A stretch of DNA of 64,000 bases from Candidatus Krumholzibacteriota bacterium (GTDB lineage Bacteria > Krumholzibacteriota > Krumholzibacteriia > JAJRXK01), in the NCBI GenBank assembly GCA_963727455.1, contig CAVSGG010000008.1:96001-160000 (forward strand), read 5' to 3'. A model generated the notes under the pieces. It was not told the origin of the DNA, made no database searches, and was given only the letters and a program-made list of their open reading frames with translations. Of this stretch, positions 20,501-28,250 are shown piece after piece. Within the stretch, counting starts at the first letter, position 1. Each line of letters opens with the position of its first letter. Made by a program: the position numbers and the translations under genes.

Positions 20501-21083
20501 TGGCCATCTCCACCAGACGATCGTTGTCCTCGCGGTCCGCGCCGTAGTAGCCCATGGACTCGGGTAGATTCACCAGAGTCGACAGTGCCTGCCACTGCAG
20601 AGTGAACTTGCCGCGCGAGACGGTGCTGAAGTAGTCCGCGGTCTTGCGCATCTGCAGGTCGAAGTAAGTGGAATCGTGCGCGGCGAATTCGTAGATCGGA
20701 TTGCCCTGCTGGTCGGTGATCGCCCGGCCCAGATCGTCGTAGAGGAAGTTGCCCTCTCTGGCGGGAGTTGGCCAAGCGGCGAACTGCGTACGGTCGCGAC
20801 CCCAGAGCAAACTGTCGGCGAAGTCACACCCCACGACCAGCATCCGCAGAGTGTCGGGAGCCTTGTGCGAGCGCAGCGCTTCCATCTGGCTCGCCTTGGC
20901 TCCACTGACCCGCATTCGGGCCGACGAGCGCGCCAGCAACTGACGCGTTGCATCCTTGGCGGAAAGAGCGCGGCTCTGAAACCAGGGCGCTGTTTCAGCG
21001 CTTCTCGCCGCACCGGCAAGGAGGTGGATTGATAAGAGGGTGCAAACCAGCAGGGCAGCCCAGGACCCACGGCTCGAGCTCAT
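17541..21083 (-). CDS. Secreted M6 (InhA)-like domain + FG-GAP repeats + T9SS-type C-terminal domain
   Basis: LIHAGAG, GLMGYG Met-turn, EYFLLEYR, YVWHIDE; DLDGDG repeats; YPNP...FDLQG...GLYVAKV...IVR tail. Confidence 0.8.
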   Translation of the reverse strand: MSSSRGSWAALLVCTLLSIHLLAGAARSAETAPWFQSRALSAKDATRQLLARSSARMRVSGAKASQMEALRSHKAPDTLRMLVVGCDFADSLLWGRDRTQFAAWPTPAREGNFLYDDLGRAITDQQGNPIYEFAAHDSTYFDLQMRKTADYFSTVSRGKFTLQWQALSTLVNLPESMGYYGADREDNDRLVEMAKQVVEAIDPEVDFNDFDTLVLIHAGAGRETDINNDSPQQLFSNYLDRRDFEQAMADTVLTEPGISTQDGVLIRHVLILPETETQDAVASLGLNGFFGMRGVYCFEVGLRLGMLSLADFTPEGRPDSQGIGNYGLMGYGLFTGLGIVPAEPCAMNRMLMGWVDAVTIDSDTRVELPPIETGVGDTLLVKVPITDREYFLLEYRLQDPDGTFTFSFDDLNGNRVPDFYDADSSSGDGEPTSTFDPATDTWESTLGAEWDFFMSEFPVNDSDGSLRGPGRGNGLYVWHIDERVIQESLNAGSNTINADPKRKGVDLEEADGVQDLDTLKASRFLLGWDRDCFRGEGVLIGDQLFGTRFADDTLPSSLSYDGASIGFSISGIDSVQLGIEACNPGPDCPYANRFLYRDRLGFDLAFAPELQAAGVTLQAQRKLAADGPLDDVRLADLDGDGVPEILLAGDEGALLVLHGDLSPWSAGADPNNPAVLARATGADGPPNWLGAPVVGDLDGDGTPEIFLSAAEGVFAFDPQGNELRDGDGNPATFGLFLAAPQVDGAPTQLSHPCILAPHSGTLADAIPRSQADLVMIFRGLQEGDPVGASLVQWDGTAAPSVSISPDRCDGAARRGVLIDGGTGVLYLAVGGGIPENRAGRILLRGPAKLAKAALTPPVPLVLETPAELLSYRFRGDMWLGLALIDTMGVPRTPLTAHGRTLPTPWSALVGGPARENGDPVLAVVAGDELWLLDRNLAQLTGGPYQPGYSTAAIEGSVPAAPLLVDLDGDGRVEALWHDRVGRVHAVNLESESLPGWPIQGPGEPCGSPAVADLDGDGQLELVLASGFDALTGTDFEERLPLTHRVGEIRVYGLSIPSTRFAPWNQGGADAWGTGHQALDSSGSAIPGGGEAFADEDLVLYPNPADGPSVHVRIQLHRSAQVRSTVFDLQGQVVRQTGTVRGEGPGQLEFEIPLNGLVAGLYVAKVETEGSVAFKPFAIVR

Positions 21084-21118
21084 GCGCGTTCGTTCCTAGA
21101 GAGAGAATAAGGTAGCGG

Positions 21119-21148
21119 AGTATAAAAAGGAGACGGCGGTAGGGTCAA
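21119..21148 (-). promoter_or_regulatory. Sigma70-type promoter
   Basis: TTGACC-N18-TATACT upstream of the M6-like gene. Confidence 0.55.
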
Positions 21149-21388
21149 CCGCCGCCCCTTTTCACCACATCCACCGCACGAAACCGTGGGAGAGGAGCGT
21201 CGGGTCCTGCATCGTCGCCCCTGATCGACAAATCCGGCCTTTGGCCCCTCTCCCAAGAGGGTCCCATGGAGTCCGCTGATTCCCCCCTCCCGCTTACGGC
21301 TGCCAACCATCAATGGGGAAGGAACTTGCGGCCCGCTCGCACCTTTCAGGCAGAGTGGGAATCCCTCACTTCAATCGTTCGCGAGTTG

Positions 21389-23230
21389 CTATTCGCGACC
21401 TCCTCTGCCTCTGGAATGGGAGCTCGAACCGGATCTGCCGGAGCGCGCAGGGGCGGACGGACGCGGAGCCGAGGAATTCCGCGGAGCCGGTGCCACTCGC
21501 CGACTCGAGGCGCCCTGCGAAGGTCTCCGCGGGGCTGCGGAGTACCCTTGCCTCGAGGAGGATTGAGAGGGCGCGCGACGCGCTTGCGCTCCTTGGCTCC
21601 GCGAACCGCCGGAACGCGGTGCCCGATACGAGGAAGCGTGAGGAGCCCCTTTCGAATCCCGGCTACCAGACCTTTGCCGGGTGTCCCTGGACTTCACACG
21701 GGGCGCTGCCTCGCGCCTCTTGGGTTGCGAATTGCGCGCTGGCGGAGAGACACGCTGTCTCTCTCCCTGCTGTTGAGGAGCGGAGGGCCTACGTAGGTTC
21801 CTGTCGCTACCCTGGCGCTGAGGCGCGCTTTGCTTCGGCGCGGGAGATACCCGCGTTGCGGGCGCGTTGCGTACGACCGGCCTGGTCCAGCGCCGACCAT
21901 GACTCGTACCGGTGGCGCCTGACTCGCGCCCTCCACTCCGCTCGCGCACCGTTGGCGACACTGTGGTAGTTCCGCTGGGATTCAAGCTGCGCACGGTACG
22001 GGCCGGCCTTCCACGAGTGGGCCGTACTCCGGACCGTTCGCCGGTAGTCCGTGAGCTCGAGGGAACCAGCTTGCGATCGCCAGGCGCCCGCACCGGCATC
22101 TCGTTCCGCGTGAGCTGGTCGCGACTCACCCGCGAGGGATGCTTGGAATCCGTGGACCCGCGCCGCGCAATGCTGGGGGGAACGCGGGTGAGATCGCGTC
22201 CCCGCACCGGCGAGGGCTCGCGGCTATGACGGATGTCGTAGATCGGCCTCTGCTTCACCACTCCGCGGTCATACAAGGTTACGTAGTCCCCTCGATAGCG
22301 CGGGTGATTCCGCCAGCGATACACCGGATAGCTGCGCACATAGCAGTTCCAGCTGGGCCACGAGTAGTAGATCGGGTAGTAGCTGTAGTAGTACGGCCGG
22401 TAGAGCCAGCGGTCCCAGTAGTAGTACGGCGCGTCACAGTACAGAGGGTAGTAGCCGAAGCTCGCGTACCAGTGCGTGTACCAGCCCCAGTCGGCATAGA
22501 TGTTCACCTGGGTGCAGGTACTCGTGTAGGGGGCGTACTTGGGATCGTTGCCCGTGTGACACTGCGTGCAAGTATAGCGCGGATACTCCACTTTCTGATC
22601 CACGTAGATGTGGGTCCAGTCGGTGACCAGCCAGTCCACGTCTTCATCGAGGCCCGTGATGGCGTAGTTGATGTCGTTCACCGCCAGGAACGGATCTCCC
22701 GACACCCGGTGCGCGTACTCGCCCGTCTCGTCCGGACCAAAGCGGAAGTCGATCGCCAGCTGACGCAAATCGAAGGGGTACTGACTGGCGATGGCCTCCA
22801 CGTATTCCACTCCGCGAGACTGCGAAACCCACAACCCCTGATCGGAGGAGCGTCCGGGAATGGAGTAGGTATGCCCGCCGAACACGAAGCCGTCGTCATA
22901 GCGGCTCTGCGGCCAGAGGATCTCGGTGTAGCCGTCGGCATCGATGTAGTAGAGCACCACATAGGCGTCGTCGTTGGTGCGGAAGTACAACTGGAGCGCT
23001 TCGCCGCGCGCAAAAACCGCGTCGTCGTCCTTGTCGTGCCACACTCTGACCCGCAGCTCACGCGAAGCGTAGCGGACCTCGTCCGCCGAAGAGTCGCCGG
23101 CCGGCTGTTGATCCTCCAGCGAGAGAACCGTGGTCGGGGTGACCGTGGTAGCGACCGAACTCGAGGGCCAAGCCCCCAGAACGATCAGAGCAAGAAACAG
23201 GGGAAGTATGGTTTGAATCCGGGTGCTCAT
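21389..23230 (-). CDS. Secreted DUF4384-like protein with Tyr/Trp-rich core and Arg/Ser-rich disordered tail
   Basis: Signal peptide; GEALQLYFRTNDDAYVVLYYIDADG..ILWP pattern; CxxCH; low-complexity C-terminus; start overlaps the upstream stop (ATGA). Confidence 0.75.
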   Translation of the reverse strand: MSTRIQTILPLFLALIVLGAWPSSSVATTVTPTTVLSLEDQQPAGDSSADEVRYASRELRVRVWHDKDDDAVFARGEALQLYFRTNDDAYVVLYYIDADGYTEILWPQSRYDDGFVFGGHTYSIPGRSSDQGLWVSQSRGVEYVEAIASQYPFDLRQLAIDFRFGPDETGEYAHRVSGDPFLAVNDINYAITGLDEDVDWLVTDWTHIYVDQKVEYPRYTCTQCHTGNDPKYAPYTSTCTQVNIYADWGWYTHWYASFGYYPLYCDAPYYYWDRWLYRPYYYSYYPIYYSWPSWNCYVRSYPVYRWRNHPRYRGDYVTLYDRGVVKQRPIYDIRHSREPSPVRGRDLTRVPPSIARRGSTDSKHPSRVSRDQLTRNEMPVRAPGDRKLVPSSSRTTGERSGVRPTRGRPARTVRSLNPSGTTTVSPTVRERSGGRESGATGTSHGRRWTRPVVRNAPATRVSPAPKQSAPQRQGSDRNLRRPSAPQQQGERQRVSPPARNSQPKRREAAPRVKSRDTRQRSGSRDSKGAPHASSYRAPRSGGSRSQGAQARRAPSQSSSRQGYSAAPRRPSQGASSRRVAPAPRNSSAPRPSAPARSGRSGSSSHSRGRGGRE

Positions 23231-24165
23231 GACGAGCCCTCCTTCCCGGTGCCCCGCGGCGGTAGCGCCTCACGGGCCTGCTTGAGCTCGGGCAAGCCGT
23301 CTACCGGCTGGTAGCCCCACATCAAGCTAATCGTGCCGTTGTTCGGCGAGATGTTCACCACGTAAACCTTCGCGTAGTTGAGCTGCTCACCGTCTACAAT
23401 CTCAAGAAAATAACTGTGTCCCTCGATCGCTTCCATCATCCCGGTCTGCGACCAGCCGAACTCGGGGGCATAGCTGGCCACGTCGAAATCGACGTTCCCG
23501 TAATCCTGCATCCTCACCCAGGGAATCTGAGCCGTGAAGACGGGAACGCCGCTCACGAAATCGAAGCTGAGATCGCTAAGAAGGTCGGCGGGATAGCGTC
23601 GCGTTTCCTCACTGAAATCGAAACCAGCGCGCGAGGAATCCATGCTGGCCGCGCTCAGGGTCACCGTGCCTTCCGGCCGCGGGGTGTCCACCACGTAGTC
23701 GGTAGAAAGCGCGCTCTCGTTGCCCGCATCATCGAAGGCGGTGATCGCGTAATAGTAGTCGAAACCGTTGTCGACGGTGTGATCCTCGAAGATCAGATAG
23801 GGTCGTCCACCGCTGGTGTCGGGATCATAACTGACCAAGTTGGGAATGTCCGGGTACGGCGTCCCCACCTCGAGTAGCTTCTCCCAGTGGATGGGGTTGC
23901 CGTTGCCATCGGCTTCGGTGGTCGAATAGACACGGTAGCCGGCCAGGTCCGGCTCGCGGTTAGCGTTCCAGATGACCCAGATCACCGAATCGCCGGTGAT
24001 TGAGCTCACCCCATTGGGAATGGCCGGCGGTGTGACGTCCACGATCTCGTCGTTCTCGTCACAGCCGGCAGAGAGGAGAGTCAGAAACGCCAGCGAGAGG
24101 ACGAGGAGCACACGGAAATCCCTCAAGGAAGTGCTCTTGGTCTGTGCTTCAAGTGCTGCGTTCAT
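23227..24165 (-). CDS. Lipoprotein with FN3-like domain
   Basis: Lipobox SAGC; WNANREPDLAGYRVY...YYYAITAFDDAGNES FN3 signature; GAAGGAG RBS. Confidence 0.8.
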   Translation of the reverse strand: MNAALEAQTKSTSLRDFRVLLVLSLAFLTLLSAGCDENDEIVDVTPPAIPNGVSSITGDSVIWVIWNANREPDLAGYRVYSTTEADGNGNPIHWEKLLEVGTPYPDIPNLVSYDPDTSGGRPYLIFEDHTVDNGFDYYYAITAFDDAGNESALSTDYVVDTPRPEGTVTLSAASMDSSRAGFDFSEETRRYPADLLSDLSFDFVSGVPVFTAQIPWVRMQDYGNVDFDVASYAPEFGWSQTGMMEAIEGHSYFLEIVDGEQLNYAKVYVVNISPNNGTISLMWGYQPVDGLPELKQAREALPPRGTGKEGSS

Positions 24166-24222
24166 GGCTCTCTCCTTCAGCGGAAGGCCTCGTCCCCTCC
24201 CTTGTCCCCACCCTCTCTCTTC

Positions 24223-24237
24223 GCAGCCGCCATGCCA
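24223..24237 (-). promoter_or_regulatory. Sigma54 -24/-12 promoter for the lipoprotein-DUF4384 operon
   Basis: TGGCATGGCGGCTGC (GG-N10-GC) about 58 bp upstream of the ATG. Confidence 0.65.
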
Positions 24238-24277
24238 CCGCCTGGCACGGGGGCTTCCGTGAGCGGAGCGTCTCTTC

Positions 24278-24290
24278 CAAGATATTGACT
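24278..24290 (-). promoter_or_regulatory. IHF-like binding site
   Basis: AGTCAATATCTTG versus WATCAANNNNTTR (1 mismatch), about 40 bp upstream of the sigma54 site. Confidence 0.45.
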
Positions 24291-24474
24291 TCTAATGGCT
24301 TAGACTCGTAGATCCGGAAGATCTCAGAAATTAGAGCAGGCAGATTGGCTTCTCCGAGAAGCGGAAGTTGTCGCCATCCAGATATAAAAACGTCCCATGG
24401 AGGGGACACTGCCAAGCCCCTGCTCCACGGCATCCTCGACTTCCTCAGCGCTGGAAAAATGGCGTTGGAACGCA

Positions 24475-24503
24475 CGAGAGCCGCCCCTGAGGGACGGCTC
24501 TCG
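24475..24503 (-). terminator. Strong hairpin closing the putative RNA
   Basis: CGAGAGCCGUCCC-UCA-GGGGCGGCUCUCG; no U tract immediately after it. Confidence 0.45.
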
Positions 24504-24852
24504 CAACCATAAGAGCGTGAGTGGTGCACCAGATCCCCTTGAGCGGCCGCTCCAAGATCTCGCCAGTCCTGGATGCCGGGGGTGTCTCGTGCTGGATCTC
24601 TCCTTTTACCTCTCTCACTGCATCCCATGGGATGTTTCGGAGGACGGTGCGATAACGCTGTCTTCCTAGCTTCCGCCGAGATCCTCAGCCCGACCCCACC
24701 TCGTGCTGATGAATCGACGAACCGAATTGATGGAAAACAACCTCTTTCAGCCGGTTGACGGAGAGGAGCGTTCCCACCCCGTCCTCCGATAAACTCAGGC
24801 CCAGAAGGCCAACTGGACGACCGGACCACGTTTGCCTAGTGACTCCAGCCGC
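24475..24852 (-). ncRNA. Putative sigma54-dependent structured RNA (contains a 30-codon sORF)
   Basis: Follows the sigma54 promoter; 23-position long-range stem 24767-24789/24637-24659 and 13-bp terminal hairpin 24475-24503, whose G-U pairs form only on the minus strand; ends inferred. Confidence 0.45.
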
Positions 24853-24863
24853 ACATACCCATT

Positions 24864-24878
24864 GCACCCTCCATGCCA
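24864..24878 (-). promoter_or_regulatory. Sigma54 -24/-12 promoter
   Basis: TGGCATGGAGGGTGC(AA), GG-N10-GC, about 200 bp downstream of the bEBP gene. Confidence 0.7.
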
Positions 24879-24916
24879 TGGGGACGGCGTCCGGATAGAA
24901 AGTGTATCTTGTTATA

Positions 24917-24929
24917 AATCAGTAAGTTA
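24917..24929 (+). promoter_or_regulatory. IHF binding site
   Basis: AATCAGTAAGTTA matches WATCARNNNNTTR in an AT-rich patch about 40 bp upstream of the sigma54 site. Confidence 0.6.
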
Positions 24930-25079
24930 TAAACGGAAGTCCGCACCCTTGCCGGGGAGATTTTCGCGTCCGGATCCAGTTAGAAAGTTCCTTGATAGGC
25001 GCGGAAGGGGGAATTTTCGTAAGTACCAAAAAACAGAGAACTTATTCGCTATAAAAAGAATTGATGAAGAATGTCCGCA

Positions 25080-28000
25080 CTAGTTAGGGAGTTTGAGACC
25101 ATAGCGCTTGATCTTCTGCAGGATGGTGGGATAGCTGATCTTCAGCCTTCGGGCTGCCTCGCTGCGATTCCAAGCGCAGCTCTTCAGCGCTCGCTCCAGG
25201 AGGACTTTCTCGAACTGGGCGACCTCGCTCTTGAGCGGCTGAATCCGATCAAGCGCCTCCTCAGCGTCGACGGCTCCCTCGGGGTCATTTCCACCGCGGC
25301 AGAGGCTGGGCAGATGCCGGGCCTGCAGACGCTCGTCGCCGGCACTCAAGATGACCGCCCGCCGAATCACCTTCTCCAGCTCGCGGACGTTGCCCGGCCA
25401 AGAGTAGGCGCGCAAACCACTGGTAAAGGCGCGCGTCATCTGAGGGATCGGCCGCCCCAGTTCACTCGAGACGCGGTCGAGGTAGTGGCGGGCCAAGAGG
25501 AGGATGTCGTCGGCGCGCTCGCGGAGCGGCGGAACGTCGATGGGAAAATCCAGCAGGCGGTAGTACAGATCCTCCAGGAACAGGTCCTTGCGCACCATTT
25601 CTTTCAGATCGCGCATGCTCGCACTGAGTACGCGGACGTCCACGGTTTGACTCTCCCCACCACCCACCGGTCTCACTTCCTTGCTGTCCAAGAAGTGCAA
25701 GAGCTTCGCCTGCATGGGCAGGCTCATCTTGCCGATCTCGTCCAGGAAGAGGGTGCCTCCATCGGCGCTAGGAATGAGCCCCTTGCGAGTTCGATCCGCG
25801 CCGGTAAACGCACCCTTCACGTGGCCGAATAACTCGCTCTCGAGCAGGCTCTCGGGAATGGCGGCGCAGTTTAACGATACGAAGCGCTGGTTTCCGCGCG
25901 GGCTGAAGCGGTGCACCGCGTAGGCCAACAGACCCTTCCCGGTTCCGGTCTCGCCGGTGAAAAGCACGGAGTATGGAGTGGGAGCGACTTTCGCGCAGAG
26001 ACGCAGGACCTCCACCATCGCATCGCTCTCGGTGATGATGTTCTCGAAGGCCTCTTCCAAGAGGAACGCGCGATTCCCGCTGTCGCTGCGCCCGCCACGC
26101 GCCAAATCGAAGATCGGGGCGCGCAGAAGTTCCACGTAGCTCGCCGCCACCGCCAGGGCCTCGTTGTTGAATCCGCGCGGAGCACCCTTGCGCGGCGCGG
26201 TGTCGAAGTAGATCAGAGCGCGCAAGGAACCGGAACTTCCCAAGGGCAGCGCCGCGGCGGCGCCGATCTCGCGAAGCTCTTCATCCTGAAGCACGTTCCA
26301 CGTTTGGTCGGCTTGGGGATTCGTCCAGACCCTGGGGCCGGTTGCCTCGTCCAGGAGCGCGAAGACGTGACGCGCGATGGTAGCGGCGCGTCCCCGCGCC
26401 AGGTGGTGCGCCGACAGAATGCGAGGGGCCTCGCTTGCCTCCTGCACCGCCAGGAAGGCCCGATCAGCCTGTAGACGATCCGCGAGGGCCAGTAGCATGC
26501 TGCGCAGATTCCGCTCGGCATCCGGCTTTTCGGTATCCAGGAGTTCGGGAAGATCGGCCAGCGCCTGGTAGCTCGAGGAGATCGTTTCCGCGTCCTGCGA
26601 AAGTGCTTCCTCGATTTCCGCTCGCAGAGCCTGTACCTCGCCCATGAGACTTCCGTGATTCCCCGTGCAGGAGAGGCGCTCGAGTTCGTACAGAGCCAGC
26701 AGGGCTTCGTCGTATTCGCCCAAGTTCAGTTCCACGCGGGCAATATCCAGTTGCACCTGGCAGGGCGAATATTCCCCGTCCTCGTCGGGAATCTCGGACA
26801 CCTCGCGCAGGCGTGTGCGCGCCAGAAGCAACGATTCGCGTTCGGGCTGAGCCATGTGCAGATGCACTAGATCCCTCAGGATTCGCCGCATCTGGACCGG
26901 CAAGCGAAACTCGCTGACCCGATTCAGTGCCGACTCCAAGGCGTCCCGGGAGGCCTGGTACTTTCCCCGCGAGGCCAGAGCCAATCCGATCACGCGCTCG
27001 AAGAAAGGCAGCTCGAAACGCTCGCCGCAGGCCTCGGCGATGCGAACCCCCTGGTTGGCCAGAGCAAGCGCAGCTCCCTCGTCTCCCCGGCGCAGGGCCA
27101 ACTCGGCACGGCGCCGGAGAACTTCGGCCTGGATGTCACTGGCCGGGCCCATGCTCTCGGCCCGTTTCTCGGCCAGACGGTAATTGAGTTCAGCCTCTTC
27201 GAAGCGTTCCTGAGCGGCCATGAGGTCCCCCAAGAACTCGTCCGCGAGCGCGAGATCGCGGCCGGTCTGGCGACGCTCGGCCAGCACCCGGGCCTCCAGC
27301 AAATTCTGCTCGGCCTCCGAGTACCGCCCATCCTCGATGAGAATCTGTCCTTTGAGTAGTCTCAGCCGGGTGAGCCGGCTCTGATCGCCCAGATTGCGAC
27401 CCAGCTCCAGCCCTCGTTCCACTTGAGCCATGGCCTCGGCTCGCCGTCCCATCTTCCGGTAGAGCACCGCCATGCTGTTGTGAAGCACTGCGAGCTCGTG
27501 GGAATGGCCGCGGTCGCGCACGATGGTCTCGGCTTTGGAGAAGAGCTGGAGTGCGCTGGACCAACGGCATTCGTTCTTGGCCAGAGTCGCCAGGTTGATC
27601 AGGGCTTGCGCCTGACCCAGCGGGAGATCCACGCGCCGGAAGGTCGCCAGGGCATCCTGAAAGAACTCGTCGGCCTTTTCGGTGCGTCCGAGGCGGGTGG
27701 CACAGTTCCCCAGAATCATCTGGGCGTTCCCCACCTCGCGGTGTTGGTCGCTCGTGGCGAGGTCCCGGAATCCCTCCATCGCTAGGGTCTGTGCCTTGCG
27801 GTACTTGCCCTGTCGGAAGTGGACGAGAGCCCTGCGGACTCTCAACACGGCGTGAGCCAGCGCAGCGCCATTGGGAAGCAGGTTTTCGGCTTGGTTCAGC
27901 TCACGGGAGGCGTCAGAGGGAAGTCCCTGTTGAAGCAAACAGTCGCCCAGCTTGCGGTGGAGCCGGGCCAGGGTCTCCGCCGGCACGCTCCCCGCCTCAG

Positions 28001-28172
28001 CGCCACTACGCAGCGCGGAACGGTAGTACTCCATGGCCGAAGAGTACGCCGCGCCGTCATAGTGCAAGTCACCCACTTGCTCCGTACGCAACAGAGTGGG
28101 GTTCTCAGCGCTGTTGCTTGGACTTGAGGAGGAGGGCCTGAAGCCCTCGTCTCCCTCTCGAAACTCCTGCAT
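25080..28172 (-). CDS. TPR-repeat sigma54-dependent transcriptional activator (TPR-GAF-like-AAA+-Fis HTH)
   Basis: About 530 aa of TPR-like helical repeats; GETGTGK, LNCAAIP, ELFGHVKGAFTGA, LFLDEIG, WPGNVREL, NRSEAARRLKIS; start at MQEFREG after AAGGGA. Confidence 0.92.
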   Translation of the reverse strand: MQEFREGDEGFRPSSSSPSNSAENPTLLRTEQVGDLHYDGAAYSSAMEYYRSALRSGAEAGSVPAETLARLHRKLGDCLLQQGLPSDASRELNQAENLLPNGAALAHAVLRVRRALVHFRQGKYRKAQTLAMEGFRDLATSDQHREVGNAQMILGNCATRLGRTEKADEFFQDALATFRRVDLPLGQAQALINLATLAKNECRWSSALQLFSKAETIVRDRGHSHELAVLHNSMAVLYRKMGRRAEAMAQVERGLELGRNLGDQSRLTRLRLLKGQILIEDGRYSEAEQNLLEARVLAERRQTGRDLALADEFLGDLMAAQERFEEAELNYRLAEKRAESMGPASDIQAEVLRRRAELALRRGDEGAALALANQGVRIAEACGERFELPFFERVIGLALASRGKYQASRDALESALNRVSEFRLPVQMRRILRDLVHLHMAQPERESLLLARTRLREVSEIPDEDGEYSPCQVQLDIARVELNLGEYDEALLALYELERLSCTGNHGSLMGEVQALRAEIEEALSQDAETISSSYQALADLPELLDTEKPDAERNLRSMLLALADRLQADRAFLAVQEASEAPRILSAHHLARGRAATIARHVFALLDEATGPRVWTNPQADQTWNVLQDEELREIGAAAALPLGSSGSLRALIYFDTAPRKGAPRGFNNEALAVAASYVELLRAPIFDLARGGRSDSGNRAFLLEEAFENIITESDAMVEVLRLCAKVAPTPYSVLFTGETGTGKGLLAYAVHRFSPRGNQRFVSLNCAAIPESLLESELFGHVKGAFTGADRTRKGLIPSADGGTLFLDEIGKMSLPMQAKLLHFLDSKEVRPVGGGESQTVDVRVLSASMRDLKEMVRKDLFLEDLYYRLLDFPIDVPPLRERADDILLLARHYLDRVSSELGRPIPQMTRAFTSGLRAYSWPGNVRELEKVIRRAVILSAGDERLQARHLPSLCRGGNDPEGAVDAEEALDRIQPLKSEVAQFEKVLLERALKSCAWNRSEAARRLKISYPTILQKIKRYGLKLPN

Positions 28173-28250
28173 GGCATCCCTTGGGCGAGAAGGGTTCAAC
28201 TAGAGATACCGCTTTGGGAAAAAAGCGAGCTTCCTCGACTTCGATTTGTG

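Noticed and set aside
24630-24795. Rod-like fold suggested 6S or SRP RNA
   Set aside because: No SRP domain IV motif seen; no clear 6S central bubble or usual synteny. Not called, though 6S cannot be fully excluded without an Rfam search.
24149-24829. 226-aa minus-strand ORF spanning the intergenic gap
   Set aside because: Arg/Gly/Pro-rich with no recognisable domain or RBS, and it runs through a hairpin, an IHF-like site and a promoter; likely spurious.
24790-24845. GGCAAAC at the 5' end of the putative RNA suggested a c-di-GMP-I (GEMM) riboswitch
   Set aside because: The GNRA-capped P2 and the following GACGCAAAGC element are absent.
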